Shown here piece by piece: positions 22,486 to 32,665 of a DNA stretch of 64,000 bases. Source of the DNA: an uncultured Phycisphaerales bacterium (GTDB lineage Bacteria; Planctomycetota; Phycisphaerae; Tepidisphaerales; Tepidisphaeraceae). The stretch is taken from the NCBI GenBank assembly GCA_963758525.1, contig CAVWVQ010000003.1:128001-192000 (forward strand), written 5' to 3'. Positions within the stretch are counted from its first letter, which is position 1. Each line of letters begins with the position of its first letter. A model generated the notes under the pieces. That model made no database searches, was not told the DNA's origin, and saw only the letters and a program-made list of their open reading frames with translations. The position numbers were made by a program, and so were the translations under genes.

Positions 22486-22706
22486 AGGGTTCAGGGTTCG
22501 GGGTTCAGGGTTCAGGATTCAGAAAGGAAGGCACATGTGTGCTCGTCTCACTGAACCTTGAACCTTGAACCCCGATACCCTCGCCCTTGTTCTCCAAAAT
22601 TAAGTGCCTGTGGAACTAATTACCTCTTGGGAATCGGAGTGCACGATCGAGTCAGGGACAGGACGGCACTTGCTTCCTGAACCCTGAACCCTGACACCCC
22701 GAACCC
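22486..22706. repeat. AGGGTTC arrays with inverted GAACCCT arrays
   Basis: Forward 22486-22522; reverse 22551-22581 and 22677-22706. Confidence 0.8.
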
Positions 22707-24446
22707 TTAGAATGCTTCTGGAACGATTTTCCTGGTCTCCTCGCGGAGAAAATGCATTACCTGGCGCTCGCTGTCGAAGCTCATGACCCGCCGCGCCACT
22801 TCGCGCGCGTGCTCCATGCTCGTCGAGCGAATGACTTTCTTGACCTCCGGGATATCCGGGCCGTTCATGCTGAACGTGTTCAAACCCAGCCCCAGCAGCA
22901 GGAGAGTGTACATGGGGTCGCCGGCCATTTCACCACAGACGCTCACACTAATCGAGTTTCTGGTGCCGGCGCGAATCACATCCCGTAGCAGCAGGAGCAC
23001 CGCCGGATGTGCCGGGCAAAAGAGCCCGGCAACTTTTTCGTTGGTCCGGTCGACTGCAAGAGTATATTGAATCAGATCGTTGGTGCCGATGGAAAAGAAG
23101 TTCACCTCGCGGGCAAATTGATTGCACATCAGCGCCGCCGAGGGCACCTCCACCATCATTCCAACCGGGATCTCCTTGCGGAACTGAACGGATTCATCCT
23201 CCAGCTCTTCCTCGACATCCCGCAGCACCATTTTAGCCTGCCGAAGCTCCATGAGCGTGCAGATCATGGGAAACATGATCCGAACGTCGCCGTGCATGCT
23301 GGCCCGGAGGATCGCCCGCAGTTGCCGCTTGAACATGGGAATGTCATGCAGGCACATGCGGATGGAGCGGTCGCCGAGAAATGGATTGCGCTCGGGGTTT
23401 ACCGCCTGGTCCTGCGTGTATTTATCGGCCCCCAGGTCCAGGGTGCGGATCACCAGCGGGCGGCCGCCCAGGCGGTGGAGCGCGTCGGCGTACGCCTGAT
23501 AATGCTCCTCTTCGCTGGGCTCGTGATCGGAGGCGAGATATAGAAATTCGGTGCGATAGAGGCCGATTCCCTGTGCCCCGTGGCGCAGCGCGTCATCGAT
23601 GTCACCGGCAAACTCGATATTTGCCTGCAGGCTGACGCTGTGACCGTCCTGGGTTTCGGCGGGCAGATCGGCCAGACCGGCCAGTTCATCCCCCATCGCG
23701 GTAAACTTGCGGCCCGCTTCGACGTGCTCGGCCAGTTGCTCCGCATCGGGATCGACGATCACCACCCCGCGGGTGCCGTCGATGATGACGATGTCCCCGG
23801 CACTGACTTCCGCCGTGATATTTCCAAGACCGACGACTGCCGGTATTCCCATTGCCCGGGCGACGATCGCAGTATGGCTGGTGCGCCCCCCCGCGTCGGT
23901 GGCGAAGCCCTTCACGTGCGTGCGGTCGAGGGCGGCGGTCTGTGACGGGAGCAGATCGTGCGCAATCAGGATCACGTCATGCGTCAGATGAAGCAAATCC
24001 CCCTGCCGTTCGCCAATGAGCTGGCGGAGAATGCGCTTTTCGATGTCGCGGACGTCCTTGACGCGCTCCGCCATGTAAACGTCCGTCATCTTCTCGAACG
24101 TGTTGGCGTAGAGGTGCATGACCGTGCTCACCGCGTACTCGGAGGTGCTCTTGTTCGAGGCAATCTCCTGACGCATTTGAGACACCGTCGATTTGTCCCG
24201 CAGAATGGCAACGTGGAAATCGAGGATGTTGCCCACTTCGGGCGCGTGGGCGGCCTTGATCGAATCGCGCAGGGCCATCAGATCGGCCATGCAGCGGGCG
24301 AGGGCGTCGTCGAGGCGGCGCAATTCCTCGGGAACCTGGTCCTCGGCGATATGTCGCTCGGGAATGACAAGATCCTCGGCGTGCAGCACCAGCGCCGTGC
24401 TGATCGCAACACCGGGAGAAACTCCTATGCCCTTCTTGATCTCCAT
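22707..24446 (-). CDS. ptsI: phosphoenolpyruvate-protein phosphotransferase (PTS enzyme I)
   Basis: GGRTSHTAIVAR, GIGLYRTEFLY, NPFLGDRSIR, FFSIGTNDLIQY, VCGEMAG. Confidence 0.95.
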   Translation of the reverse strand: MEIKKGIGVSPGVAISTALVLHAEDLVIPERHIAEDQVPEELRRLDDALARCMADLMALRDSIKAAHAPEVGNILDFHVAILRDKSTVSQMRQEIASNKSTSEYAVSTVMHLYANTFEKMTDVYMAERVKDVRDIEKRILRQLIGERQGDLLHLTHDVILIAHDLLPSQTAALDRTHVKGFATDAGGRTSHTAIVARAMGIPAVVGLGNITAEVSAGDIVIIDGTRGVVIVDPDAEQLAEHVEAGRKFTAMGDELAGLADLPAETQDGHSVSLQANIEFAGDIDDALRHGAQGIGLYRTEFLYLASDHEPSEEEHYQAYADALHRLGGRPLVIRTLDLGADKYTQDQAVNPERNPFLGDRSIRMCLHDIPMFKRQLRAILRASMHGDVRIMFPMICTLMELRQAKMVLRDVEEELEDESVQFRKEIPVGMMVEVPSAALMCNQFAREVNFFSIGTNDLIQYTLAVDRTNEKVAGLFCPAHPAVLLLLRDVIRAGTRNSISVSVCGEMAGDPMYTLLLLGLGLNTFSMNGPDIPEVKKVIRSTSMEHAREVARRVMSFDSERQVMHFLREETRKIVPEAF

Positions 24447-24461
24447 GATTTTCAGGCTGGG

Positions 24462-24546
24462 AGGGTCGAGGGTTCAGGGTTCAGGGTTCAGTGAGAGGGA
24501 CTTTCCCTTCTTTCCTGAACCCTGAACCCTGACACCCTGAACCCTG
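24462..24546. repeat. AGGGTTC array plus inverted array (hairpin)
   Basis: Forward 24462-24491, reverse 24514-24546. Confidence 0.8.
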
Positions 24547-24554
24547 GTCAGCGC

Positions 24555-24836
24555 CTATTCTTCGCCGAACTTGGTTTCGAACAGTTCGGCAAGCTTTTCC
24601 ACGGCAGTGGCAGCGTCCTCGCCGTCGGCGAGAATCCGCAGCGGCGTCCCGATCACCGCTTCCAGCGTGATCATCTGCATGACGCTCTTTCCGTCCACTT
24701 CAAGCGGATCGTCCCCGCCGCGCACGACGGTGACCTGAGAGGTAAATCCGTTGGCCACGTCCACGAACTGCATCGCCGGGCGCGCATGCAGGCCGCGTTC
24801 GTTGGAGACGACGACTTCTCGTGAAACCATGCCCAT
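24555..24836 (-). CDS. ptsH: phosphocarrier protein HPr
   Basis: NERGLHARPA, VDGKSVMQMI; start at 24836 or 24830. Confidence 0.92.
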   Translation of the reverse strand: MGMVSREVVVSNERGLHARPAMQFVDVANGFTSQVTVVRGGDDPLEVDGKSVMQMITLEAVIGTPLRILADGEDAATAVEKLAELFETKFGEE

Positions 24837-24908
24837 ACATGAGTGACCCAGGCGTTCAAACCGGCGATGACAGGCGCGGTGCGCGCGCACCGCTGCGGCC
24901 CGGAACGG

Positions 24909-25376
24909 CTACTTGCCCTGATTGGCCTCGTCGACGAGTTCAATGATCGCCTCGCGCGTCGCGGCCTGGCGAAGGAAGCGCCGAAACATGTCTTCCTGCA
25001 GGTTGCTGAAAACGATGTTCATCGCCTGCAGGTGTTGTTGCGGCTGGTTCTCGGGAGACAGCAGGAGGACGATGCTGTAGACCGGCTGATGATCCAGCGC
25101 GGCAAAGTCGATCCCTGCCGAACTGCGCCCGATCGTCCCGGCCATCTGCTTGACCTTGGCATGTTTGACGTGCGGAACCGCAACGCCTTTGCCAAAACCG
25201 GTCGAGCCGTTCTGCTCGCGCTTCACCAGCGACGCGACCACTTCATCGACCGCGTTCTTGGGCAGCGCGCCGCTTTCCGCCAGGGCGGCGCACAACTCGC
25301 GAATCGCGCCGTCGCGATCCGTGGCTTTCAATTCCGGGGCAATTGCCTCGGTGACAATAAAATCTCGCAGCTTCAT
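24909..25376 (-). CDS. PTS EIIA (fructose/nitrogen-type)
   Basis: KREQNGSTGFGKGVAVPH, GIDFAALD, HLQAM. Confidence 0.9.
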   Translation of the reverse strand: MKLRDFIVTEAIAPELKATDRDGAIRELCAALAESGALPKNAVDEVVASLVKREQNGSTGFGKGVAVPHVKHAKVKQMAGTIGRSSAGIDFAALDHQPVYSIVLLLSPENQPQQHLQAMNIVFSNLQEDMFRRFLRQAATREAIIELVDEANQGK

Positions 25377-25464
25377 GTTCTTCAACTCCAGTCCCAAGCC
25401 AACACCACCCGCGCCCGGCCGGCGTACGGCCGCACCGATGTCTCGGCCGCCGACGCACGACCGG

Positions 25465-25770
25465 CTAATCGTTGGGGTGCTTGCGGTTTCGGTACTTCTT
25501 TTTGTGCTCGGTCAGTTGCCGTTCCAGCTTATGCACGCACCCGTCGATGCACGCATACGCGTCGCCGATCTCGTGATGCGCGATAAACATGTTTTTGTGT
25601 TCCGCGTTCACGATCATCTCAACGCGGGTGATGTCCTTCCCGGCGTCGAACACCACCTCGATTTCCTGTATCAGATCGTAATATTTCTCCAGTTTGTGCG
25701 CCTTCTGCTCCGCGTAGCTTTTCAGCGGCGGGGTCACGTCCATGTGCCGCGAAGATACAATGACTAACAC
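25465..25770 (-). CDS. hpf: ribosome hibernation promoting factor (RaiA/HPF)
   Basis: SRHMDVTPPLKSYAEQK...DAYACIDGCVHKLERQL. Confidence 0.9.
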   Translation of the reverse strand: MLVIVSSRHMDVTPPLKSYAEQKAHKLEKYYDLIQEIEVVFDAGKDITRVEMIVNAEHKNMFIAHHEIGDAYACIDGCVHKLERQLTEHKKKYRNRKHPND

Positions 25771-25806
25771 CGGCTTCTCCTTTCGCCCAAAAGCACGCCT
25801 TTGGGC

Positions 25807-26769
25807 CTAGCCTGCGGCTCGCACCGCTCGGCCCTGCGGATCGTCCGCCACCGGCCCGGAACCCTCCAGGGGCGCGGCGATCTCCTTGACTGGCATCTCT
25901 CTCACCGGCGGAGCGATGACTCCGCCGCTGATCAACAGCCGCATCGCCTCCTCCACCGACATCGGCAGTTCGACCACCGAATCCCGCGGCACCACCAGCA
26001 CGTAGCCGCTGAACGCCGTCGGAGACGAAGGAACGAACACCGTCACCATTTCCTGTCCAACCGCGTCGCGCAGCGCGCCCAGCCCCGAACCGGTCAGCAA
26101 CCCCACCGACCAGATTCCCTTGGCGTGCGGTTGCACCGCCACCACCCGGCTCCCCGTGAACTGCGAGGAATGCTCGGTCAGCAGCCAGTCGGTCACTTGC
26201 TTGACGGATGGATAAATGGCCCGCACCAGCGGAATCCGCATCACCGCCAGTTCCGCGACGCGCCACAACTGGCGTCCAATGAGATTGCCGACGAATACTC
26301 CAACGATGTAAACAAGGAGCACCGCAAGCCCGACGCCCAGAACGCGCGTCCCCAGGTATTGCTCGTCCCAGACTGCATGAATGTGAGCCGGCGGCTCGCG
26401 CGGAATGATCCACCAGCCGCCCAGCGTCAGCCACGTCCAGCGCAGTCCCCAGACGATGTGCTGCCCGAGTGCTTCCCAAAGAAAATTCCATGCCCAGACC
26501 AGCAGCCAGAGAGTGATCAGCGTCGGCAACACCGCGGCGAGCCCGCGCAGAAAGAAGCGACGGAAGTCGTCGAAGAATCCAATTCGAGTTTTTGGCGCAG
26601 TCCGTCCAGAACTGGCATCACCTAATGTCACCGGGCACCGTGAATTACCTGTAACTGGAGGTGTCAGGCGCGAGTTGCAGATTGCTCGGTCCCCAGGCCA
26701 TCTCCGGTCCGGTCTGACCCGGCGACAAACCTGTCTGCAACTCCCCACTTTTACTCGCTCGGTTGACAA
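25807..26769 (-). CDS. DUF502 membrane protein (true start probably further downstream)
   Basis: FLRGLAAVLPTLIT, RIPLVRAIYPSVKQ, VFVPSSPTAFSGY, MSVEEAMRLLISGG. Confidence 0.85.
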   Translation of the reverse strand: MSTERVKVGSCRQVCRRVRPDRRWPGDRAICNSRLTPPVTGNSRCPVTLGDASSGRTAPKTRIGFFDDFRRFFLRGLAAVLPTLITLWLLVWAWNFLWEALGQHIVWGLRWTWLTLGGWWIIPREPPAHIHAVWDEQYLGTRVLGVGLAVLLVYIVGVFVGNLIGRQLWRVAELAVMRIPLVRAIYPSVKQVTDWLLTEHSSQFTGSRVVAVQPHAKGIWSVGLLTGSGLGALRDAVGQEMVTVFVPSSPTAFSGYVLVVPRDSVVELPMSVEEAMRLLISGGVIAPPVREMPVKEIAAPLEGSGPVADDPQGRAVRAAG

Positions 26770-26834
26770 AGATCAACGCTTGCTTTTATGCGCGGGAAAT
26801 CGCGGATTCCAGAGAGGAGCAGCAGCAACTGCTG

Positions 26835-28133
26835 TTAGCGATGCGCCAGTCCGACGTTGCAGAAAGGAAAGTACCTGGACTTGCTCCGCGCTTCGTCTGC
26901 AGCCTCGTCACGCTTGCGCGTCGCGAGCCAAAAGCCGACCAGAAGCAAGTCGCCCGCCACCACTCCAGCCGTGATCTTCCATGCGCGCGAATGCGTGGAC
27001 GGCTCGTGCCTGATGGTTTGCATGGCGCTCTCGTCGATAAAGGCGCCCATCGAGTCACCAAAGGTTGCCAGCGCATCCACATGGAACAGATTCACCAGCG
27101 CCGCGCGGGCTGGTACAGCCTGCTCGGCAATGATCCCGTCGACTGCGTTCATCACCGCCGTCGGCGAGGGAATTCGTGCCATGGCTCGTTCGAACTGTTG
27201 CTGCGGCGATGCAGCGAAAGCCGGCATGGCACCGGCCGGTTCGACCGGCGGACTCAATTCTGAAATTACCAACGGAAGAATGGAGAAGGACGCGCTTGCA
27301 AACGGCTTCACAACGCCAGCTACGCTCGAAAGCGCCGACTGTGTCAACGCGGAAGTGGGTTTGTCTCCGGCAAATGCGAGCGAGTTGGTGGAAGATTGAC
27401 GGGCCGTCACCGAGCCGGAACCCGATGAAGCGCCTTCGACGATGGTGGAAGCCAACAGATGGCCTTCGGCCGGCCTGACGTGCTGTGATCCGGATGCGCT
27501 TGGCGCTGGGGAACTGCCGGTGGGATTACCCGTCGAACTGCCTGTTGTAAGCCCAGCCGGAGCCGAACCATCACCTGCTGCGCCGTCCGTTCCCGTCGAG
27601 TCGGTTCTCTCCTCGCCGTCCCCGGCATGCAACTCTCCGGGCTGCGCGTGCCCGCCAACGCCTTGGCCGCGGGTCGTGGTGTTTCCAGCGGCACCATTTG
27701 CGGACAACGCCGGCTGCGCATTTGCGGTCACTGAGGCTGACGAATCGGTATCGGTAGTGGAGCCGGTTGCGAGCGTCGGGGGGGAAGCCGGATTTGCGAT
27801 CGAACTATTCGGAGCGGCCGTGCAGGCCGGAGCCTCGGCAGTGCCGTCGGCGTCGGTCCCGCAGATGAAGTTTAACGTGACCGTCGTCGAAGTTGCCAGC
27901 ACCGGCCCTCCGCCAGCGTTCACTGGTGGAGCGACCATCTGGCTCCAATTAATCGGCGCAAAACTGTTTTCAATCCTGGCGAATCCCCACGGATGTAACC
28001 CCGGCGCCACGAAGCTCGCTGCCGTTGCCATTGGCATCGGAGCCGGCGCAAACTCCACCACGGCGGCAGAAAGCAGCCGACGAGACTCCAAGCCTTCGGT
28101 AACGAGAAATGTTCGATTGAACGATGCGCCCAT
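26835..28133 (-). CDS. planctomycete LExRxLL-motif protein with Ser/Thr/Gly-rich body and C-terminal TM segment
   Basis: EGLESRRLLSA near the N-terminus; AWKITAGVVAGDLLLVGFWL near the C-terminus. Confidence 0.65.
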   Translation of the reverse strand: MGASFNRTFLVTEGLESRRLLSAAVVEFAPAPMPMATAASFVAPGLHPWGFARIENSFAPINWSQMVAPPVNAGGGPVLATSTTVTLNFICGTDADGTAEAPACTAAPNSSIANPASPPTLATGSTTDTDSSASVTANAQPALSANGAAGNTTTRGQGVGGHAQPGELHAGDGEERTDSTGTDGAAGDGSAPAGLTTGSSTGNPTGSSPAPSASGSQHVRPAEGHLLASTIVEGASSGSGSVTARQSSTNSLAFAGDKPTSALTQSALSSVAGVVKPFASASFSILPLVISELSPPVEPAGAMPAFAASPQQQFERAMARIPSPTAVMNAVDGIIAEQAVPARAALVNLFHVDALATFGDSMGAFIDESAMQTIRHEPSTHSRAWKITAGVVAGDLLLVGFWLATRKRDEAADEARSKSRYFPFCNVGLAHR

Positions 28134-28198
28134 CCTCTTTCCCTGTTCAGATTGCGCCGCAATCATACCACACGAAAAGCTCGATCACGTCGGGGGAA

Positions 28199-28207
28199 AT
28201 TATACCA
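28199..28207 (-). promoter_or_regulatory. extended -10 element
   Basis: Minus strand TGGTATAAT; a second TGGTATGAT at 28170-28162. Confidence 0.4.
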
Positions 28208-28328
28208 CCGACGTCCGAGAATAAAAACTGCGTGGGGCCTCGCGCCGCCGGGGCGCACCGTCAGCGCGAAGGCTCCCACGCCACGTCTGAAACACCTTTT
28301 TCCTGCACGAGCCCGGTGCGTGCGGCGT

Positions 28329-28892
28329 TCACCGCATTACAAACGCCTGTGCCGGTTGATTTTCGCCGCGAATCGATACGTGCTGTCCGACTCGCGACTC
28401 AATCATCTGCTCGTAAATCTTGCGCTGCGACTCGCTCAAGATACTTTTGGTCTCGGCGACCGCGTTGCCGAACGCCGCTTCACGACGGCTGTTCAGCAGG
28501 CCAACCTTGCCGACGCACTCGGTCGTGAGCTGAGTGTATTTGACCTTCTGTTCATCGGTCAGCATCGCGAACACCGCATCGTCCCGCTGCTTCTGCAATT
28601 GCTGAGCCTGCTCCTGACATTCGTGGGCAGTATCGCGAACGCCTTCCCAAATCCGCTGCATCCGATCACGCTGCTCGGCAGAGAGTCCCAGTTCCTGAGA
28701 CAACGTCGAGCCGCCCGCGGTTAGTCCCGATGAACCACCCGCGCCGAGACCGGTCGAACCGTCTGAACCTCCGGAAGACACCATCGCATCCAGATTCATG
28801 ACCCGCTTGCCCAACGTACCCGCCACCACTCCGGCGCCCAGCGCCAGCACCGCCACCGCCAGCAAAGCGATTGTTGCCTGAGGAACTCTCAT
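28329..28892 (-). CDS. membrane-anchored Spy/CpxP-like helical protein
   Basis: N-terminal TM, then LGLSAEQ, MLTDEQ and ILSESQ (LTxxQ-like) motifs; ATGA overlap with the anti-sigma gene. Confidence 0.6.
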   Translation of the reverse strand: MRVPQATIALLAVAVLALGAGVVAGTLGKRVMNLDAMVSSGGSDGSTGLGAGGSSGLTAGGSTLSQELGLSAEQRDRMQRIWEGVRDTAHECQEQAQQLQKQRDDAVFAMLTDEQKVKYTQLTTECVGKVGLLNSRREAAFGNAVAETKSILSESQRKIYEQMIESRVGQHVSIRGENQPAQAFVMR

Positions 28893-29425
28893 CGCCCTAC
28901 CTGCCCTTTCAGGTTGTCCAACATCCAACTGGTCATGTTCGCATGAGCGTCCGCCAGCGCGCTCTGATCAGGATTCGCCTCGGGGCCTGCATAAGGCAGC
29001 GGATCCGCCCTAAGAGTCATCGCATACCTCTCCCAGGGGGCCTCCGGCCCGATCGGCTGCGTTGCCACGTGAGTCCGCGGAGCAGGCGTCTCCATCAGCC
29101 ACGCTGACGCGATGATCAGCACGGAAGCCGCCAGACCGCTGAGCACCACCGCGGTTCGCCAGAAGCTTCGGTCAATCTGAAACGCGGATCGGTTTGCCTC
29201 GCGATCGACAGCCGCATGGAGCCTGGCGATCTCGTCTTGTGAAACATCTTCCGTCGCGGAATGCCGCTCGCCGCCCAGCAGCAGCGTCATCCGCCGCATT
29301 TGCTCGAGCGCCTCGGCACATGCGGCGCATCCCTGCACATGCTCGGCAACCCTTGAGCGCTCCTCGGCGTCCAATTCGCCGTCGTGGTACGCATCCAGTC
29401 GAAATTCAGTTCCGCAACCGTACAT
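28889..29425 (-). CDS. zinc-finger (zf-HC2) anti-sigma factor
   Basis: LDAYHDGEL...HVQGCAAC plus one TM helix. Confidence 0.85.
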   Translation of the reverse strand: MYGCGTEFRLDAYHDGELDAEERSRVAEHVQGCAACAEALEQMRRMTLLLGGERHSATEDVSQDEIARLHAAVDREANRSAFQIDRSFWRTAVVLSGLAASVLIIASAWLMETPAPRTHVATQPIGPEAPWERYAMTLRADPLPYAGPEANPDQSALADAHANMTSWMLDNLKGQVGR

Positions 29426-29534
29426 CAGTTTCCGAGCCTTACGACCTGCGCGAGCACGCGCTTCCAAAACCCGTTTACCGGCTGCCGTTTGAGCAGCGCC
29501 CGACTTGCACATAGGCGTACTCGCGCATGTGCAA

Positions 29535-30098
29535 TCAAGACAAATAACCTGCCAGTTTCTCTCTCAGTTCGCCGCGTGCCCGATGCAACCGCGATTCCAC
29601 AGTTCCCTGCGGCACGCCAAGCGCCTCAGCCATCTCCGCGTAGCTCAGGCCATGAATCTCTCGCATCAGAATCACCTGCCGATGGTCTTCGCCGAGTGTC
29701 TGAAGCATTTCCTGCAGATCGATCCGTCGATCGACGCTCGAGCTCGTTGAGATCGTCCCCGACCTCCCGTCCGGCTTCTGCCAGTTTCCCGACATTCCCT
29801 CGGGGCTCTCCAACGTCGTCATGGCACGATCCCGTCGCGACCGATTCCACGCTTTGGCTGCCTGACGAACCAAAATCCGCGACAGCCACGTCCGCACCGA
29901 AGATCGGCCGTCGAACCGGCTCAAACCTTTGAACGCCCCGACAAACGTCTCCTGAACCACGTCTTCGGCGTCCGACCGCGTCTTCGAGAGCGAGCGGGCC
30001 AGCCGCGTGAGTTCCGGCCCATACCGGTCAACCAGCTCGTGAAACGCCTTCGCGTCCCCGCCGGCTGAGGCCTGCACCAGATCCCAATCGCTCTGCAA
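29535..30098 (-). CDS. ECF RNA polymerase sigma factor
   Basis: DAEDVVQETF, SVRTWLSRI, LSYAEMAEALGVPQGTVESRLHRAR. Confidence 0.93.
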   Translation of the reverse strand: MQSDWDLVQASAGGDAKAFHELVDRYGPELTRLARSLSKTRSDAEDVVQETFVGAFKGLSRFDGRSSVRTWLSRILVRQAAKAWNRSRRDRAMTTLESPEGMSGNWQKPDGRSGTISTSSSVDRRIDLQEMLQTLGEDHRQVILMREIHGLSYAEMAEALGVPQGTVESRLHRARGELREKLAGYLS

Positions 30099-31021
30099 TG
30101 CACGGCTCTCCGCCCAGTTTGGCTCTTGCCTGCGGGCTCTGAAGGGATAGTTACGACTTAGGCCGGTTTTCTTCCCAAGAAAAAAAGTATTGAGGACACA
30201 GGCACGAAGGGAAGACTGGTTTCAATCAGGTTTTGCCATTTCATGGTTGCCAAATCCGCCTTACGTCCTTAGTACGACCTTGAAGCACCCGTCGGTCCTC
30301 AAAGCTTACGTTACTTTCGCGATTTAGGGGGAACACGCGAGCGCACATCCTAAGGCGGTCCAAGGTTATCAGACCCTCCGGAGGAAATGCCCCACGGCTC
30401 CGGTATTGGAACCGCAGTCCGCGAGTTATGATCACAGGCATTGAAGCCAAGCGTTTATATCGAGACGACAATTATCAGCTATCTCACCGCTTGGCCAAGC
30501 CGCGATGTCGTTCGCCTCGGACCCGGCTCGTCGCACTCTGGATAAAGTCTGTTGAACTTTCTATGGGGATTGTTCTTGCGGCTTGGTCACGGCAACCGCC
30601 AGCAGGCGCCGATACAGCGCGGCGACGATGATTACCCGCGGCGATTACGCCAGTAGCTCGGATGCCGCAGCGGGTTAAACGCCAAACTTTAGGCCACTGA
30701 TCGAGCGCATTAACGACTTCGTCGGCGACTTCAGGTCCGAAGAGCCGGAGTACAACTCCCCCGTGCCTGACTCAACATGCACAAGCACGAGATCAACATT
30801 TGGTGCGCAATATGTCTGCCAATCCATCTTCCCATCCTGCGCTGGCTTGGGAGCGTCGTAGAGCGATAGGCAGCCACCACTGGCGACGTCATCGCCCAAC
30901 TGCTTGTAGAGATAACCGCAGAGGTTGGCGATTTAGGGGCGTGGCGGTGGGATGAGCGGCAGATTTATTTTTTTCGCGACGCGAGTTCGTCGCGGGGGCG
31001 GGGTTGAGGTATGACGGTCAC

Positions 31022-31906
31022 ATGAAAGAGCGTATTCAAAAGTCGTTGGCCAACGCCGGTGTGGCTTCGCGGCGGAGTTGCGAGCAGTTGGTGCTGGAGG
31101 GGCGCGTTGCGGTCAATGGGCGAATCCTTGCGGAATTGCCGGTGCTGATCGATCCGGAGCGGGATCAGGTCGAAGTGGATGGGGAAACCGTCCGGCTCGC
31201 CCAGCGGCGCAGCGCCCGGCGGGTGTACCTGCTGCTGAATAAGCCCAAAGGGGTGTACAGCACGAATGTTGCGCAGGGAGTGCAGACACGGGCGGTGGAT
31301 TTGCTGCCGCGGGGATTGCCCGAGCGGGTGTATCCGGTGGGACGGCTCGACGCGGAATCAAAAGGGTTGCTGCTGCTGACCAATGATGGGGAGCTGACGC
31401 ATCGGCTCACGCATCCGAAATTTGGCGTGCCGCGGACCTATCGTGCGATCGTGGATGGGGAAGTGCGGCCGGGCGCTCTCAGTCAGTTGGAGAAGGGAGT
31501 CTGGCTCGCGGACGCACACGGCGGCAAAGGTAAGAAGACCGGCCGGAGCCAGGTGCGCGTCGTCAAACGGGGGGACGACCAGAGCGTGCTGGAGATCACG
31601 ATGCGCGAAGGGGTGAATCCGCAGGTCCGGCGGATGCTCGCGAAGCTGGGTCACAAGGTGCGGGATCTGACGCGGATTCGGCTTGGCCCGCTCACGCTCG
31701 AAGGGCTGGCGGCGGGGAAGATCAGGCCGCTGACGCCCAGGGAAGTCAGCGAGTTGAAGCGGTTGGCGCAGCGGGGAGACGGGGGGAGGGAAGTTCTCCT
31801 GCAAATCCGAATGACGGAACCGGAAAACAGAGTAGAGTCCGAGAGTCGAAGGCAGTGTCGGGAAACCCGAATGACGAAACTCGAAACCAGAATCGAACCC
31901 GAATGA
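31022..31906 (+). CDS. rluB: pseudouridine synthase (RsuA/RluB family)
   Basis: S4 domain ERIQKSLANAGVASRR, LLNKPKG, PVGRLDAESKGLLLLTNDG; last ~35 codons run into a repeat. Confidence 0.85.
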   Translation: MKERIQKSLANAGVASRRSCEQLVLEGRVAVNGRILAELPVLIDPERDQVEVDGETVRLAQRRSARRVYLLLNKPKGVYSTNVAQGVQTRAVDLLPRGLPERVYPVGRLDAESKGLLLLTNDGELTHRLTHPKFGVPRTYRAIVDGEVRPGALSQLEKGVWLADAHGGKGKKTGRSQVRVVKRGDDQSVLEITMREGVNPQVRRMLAKLGHKVRDLTRIRLGPLTLEGLAAGKIRPLTPREVSELKRLAQRGDGGREVLLQIRMTEPENRVESESRRQCRETRMTKLETRIEPE

Positions 31907-31920
31907 CGAAATCCGAAACC
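31803..31920. repeat. three CGAATGACG(A/G)AA-containing repeats at the rluB 3' end
   Basis: ccgaatgacggaacc, ccgaatgacgaaact, ccgaatgacgaaatc. Confidence 0.65.
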
Positions 31921-32231
31921 CCAAGCAAAGGCAAATACGGGGTGACACGTGCAAAGCGCGGGCGGGGTAATCGGTGATTCGTGGAGCATCCGATGTCACT
32001 CGTCGCCCCCGGTCTTCACTCTTTGGGGCCCGCGAAGGGCAAGCCACTCGCTGCGTTGGCAGGCGGAGGCGGAGGCTTTTTACTCGATAGTCGGATTCAT
32101 CGCTCAGTTTGGCGGTCTTGGGTTCTTGCTTCCTCCCCTTCGTGCCTCCGTGCCTTTCTCCCCCGTGCCTTTCTCCCCCGTGCCTTTCTCCCTCTTCTGC
32201 ATTTCACCTCGACCGGGTAGGCTTACGAGTT

Positions 32232-32591
32232 ATGGAAGGCGTAACCACCGCAATCATCGCGTTTGTTTTTGTGTGTGTCATCTATCCCCATCTGGTGAAG
32301 AATCGTCCGCAGTTTTATGGCGGGTTTGCCGCGATACTGCTGGTGATCCTCATTGAAAGCAGCGCCAAGATCTTCGCGGCAAATCCTGACAAGCCGCCCG
32401 GGGTGGTATTTGCCATCAGCGGGCTGCTGCAGGTGGCTTCGATCCTGCTGATCTATATGTCCTGCGGCGGTCTGAGCGTCATCGATCTGCTGGGAGACGT
32501 GGGGAAAACGATCGAAGTCGTGCGGCGCGGCGGCGAAAAGGAAACGATCATCGTCCCTCTGCGCGGAGAGCAGCCGCGGGAGCGCGATTGA
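32232..32591 (+). CDS. small three-TM hypothetical membrane protein
   Basis: Three hydrophobic segments; C-terminus EVVRRGGEKETIIVPLRGE. Confidence 0.7.
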   Translation: MEGVTTAIIAFVFVCVIYPHLVKNRPQFYGGFAAILLVILIESSAKIFAANPDKPPGVVFAISGLLQVASILLIYMSCGGLSVIDLLGDVGKTIEVVRRGGEKETIIVPLRGEQPRERD

Positions 32592-32665
32592 ACGGGTTGC
32601 GGGTCCAACTGTTCACGCAGTCGTCGGGTGACTAGAATTTCCCACATGGATTCGAGGAGCAGCGC

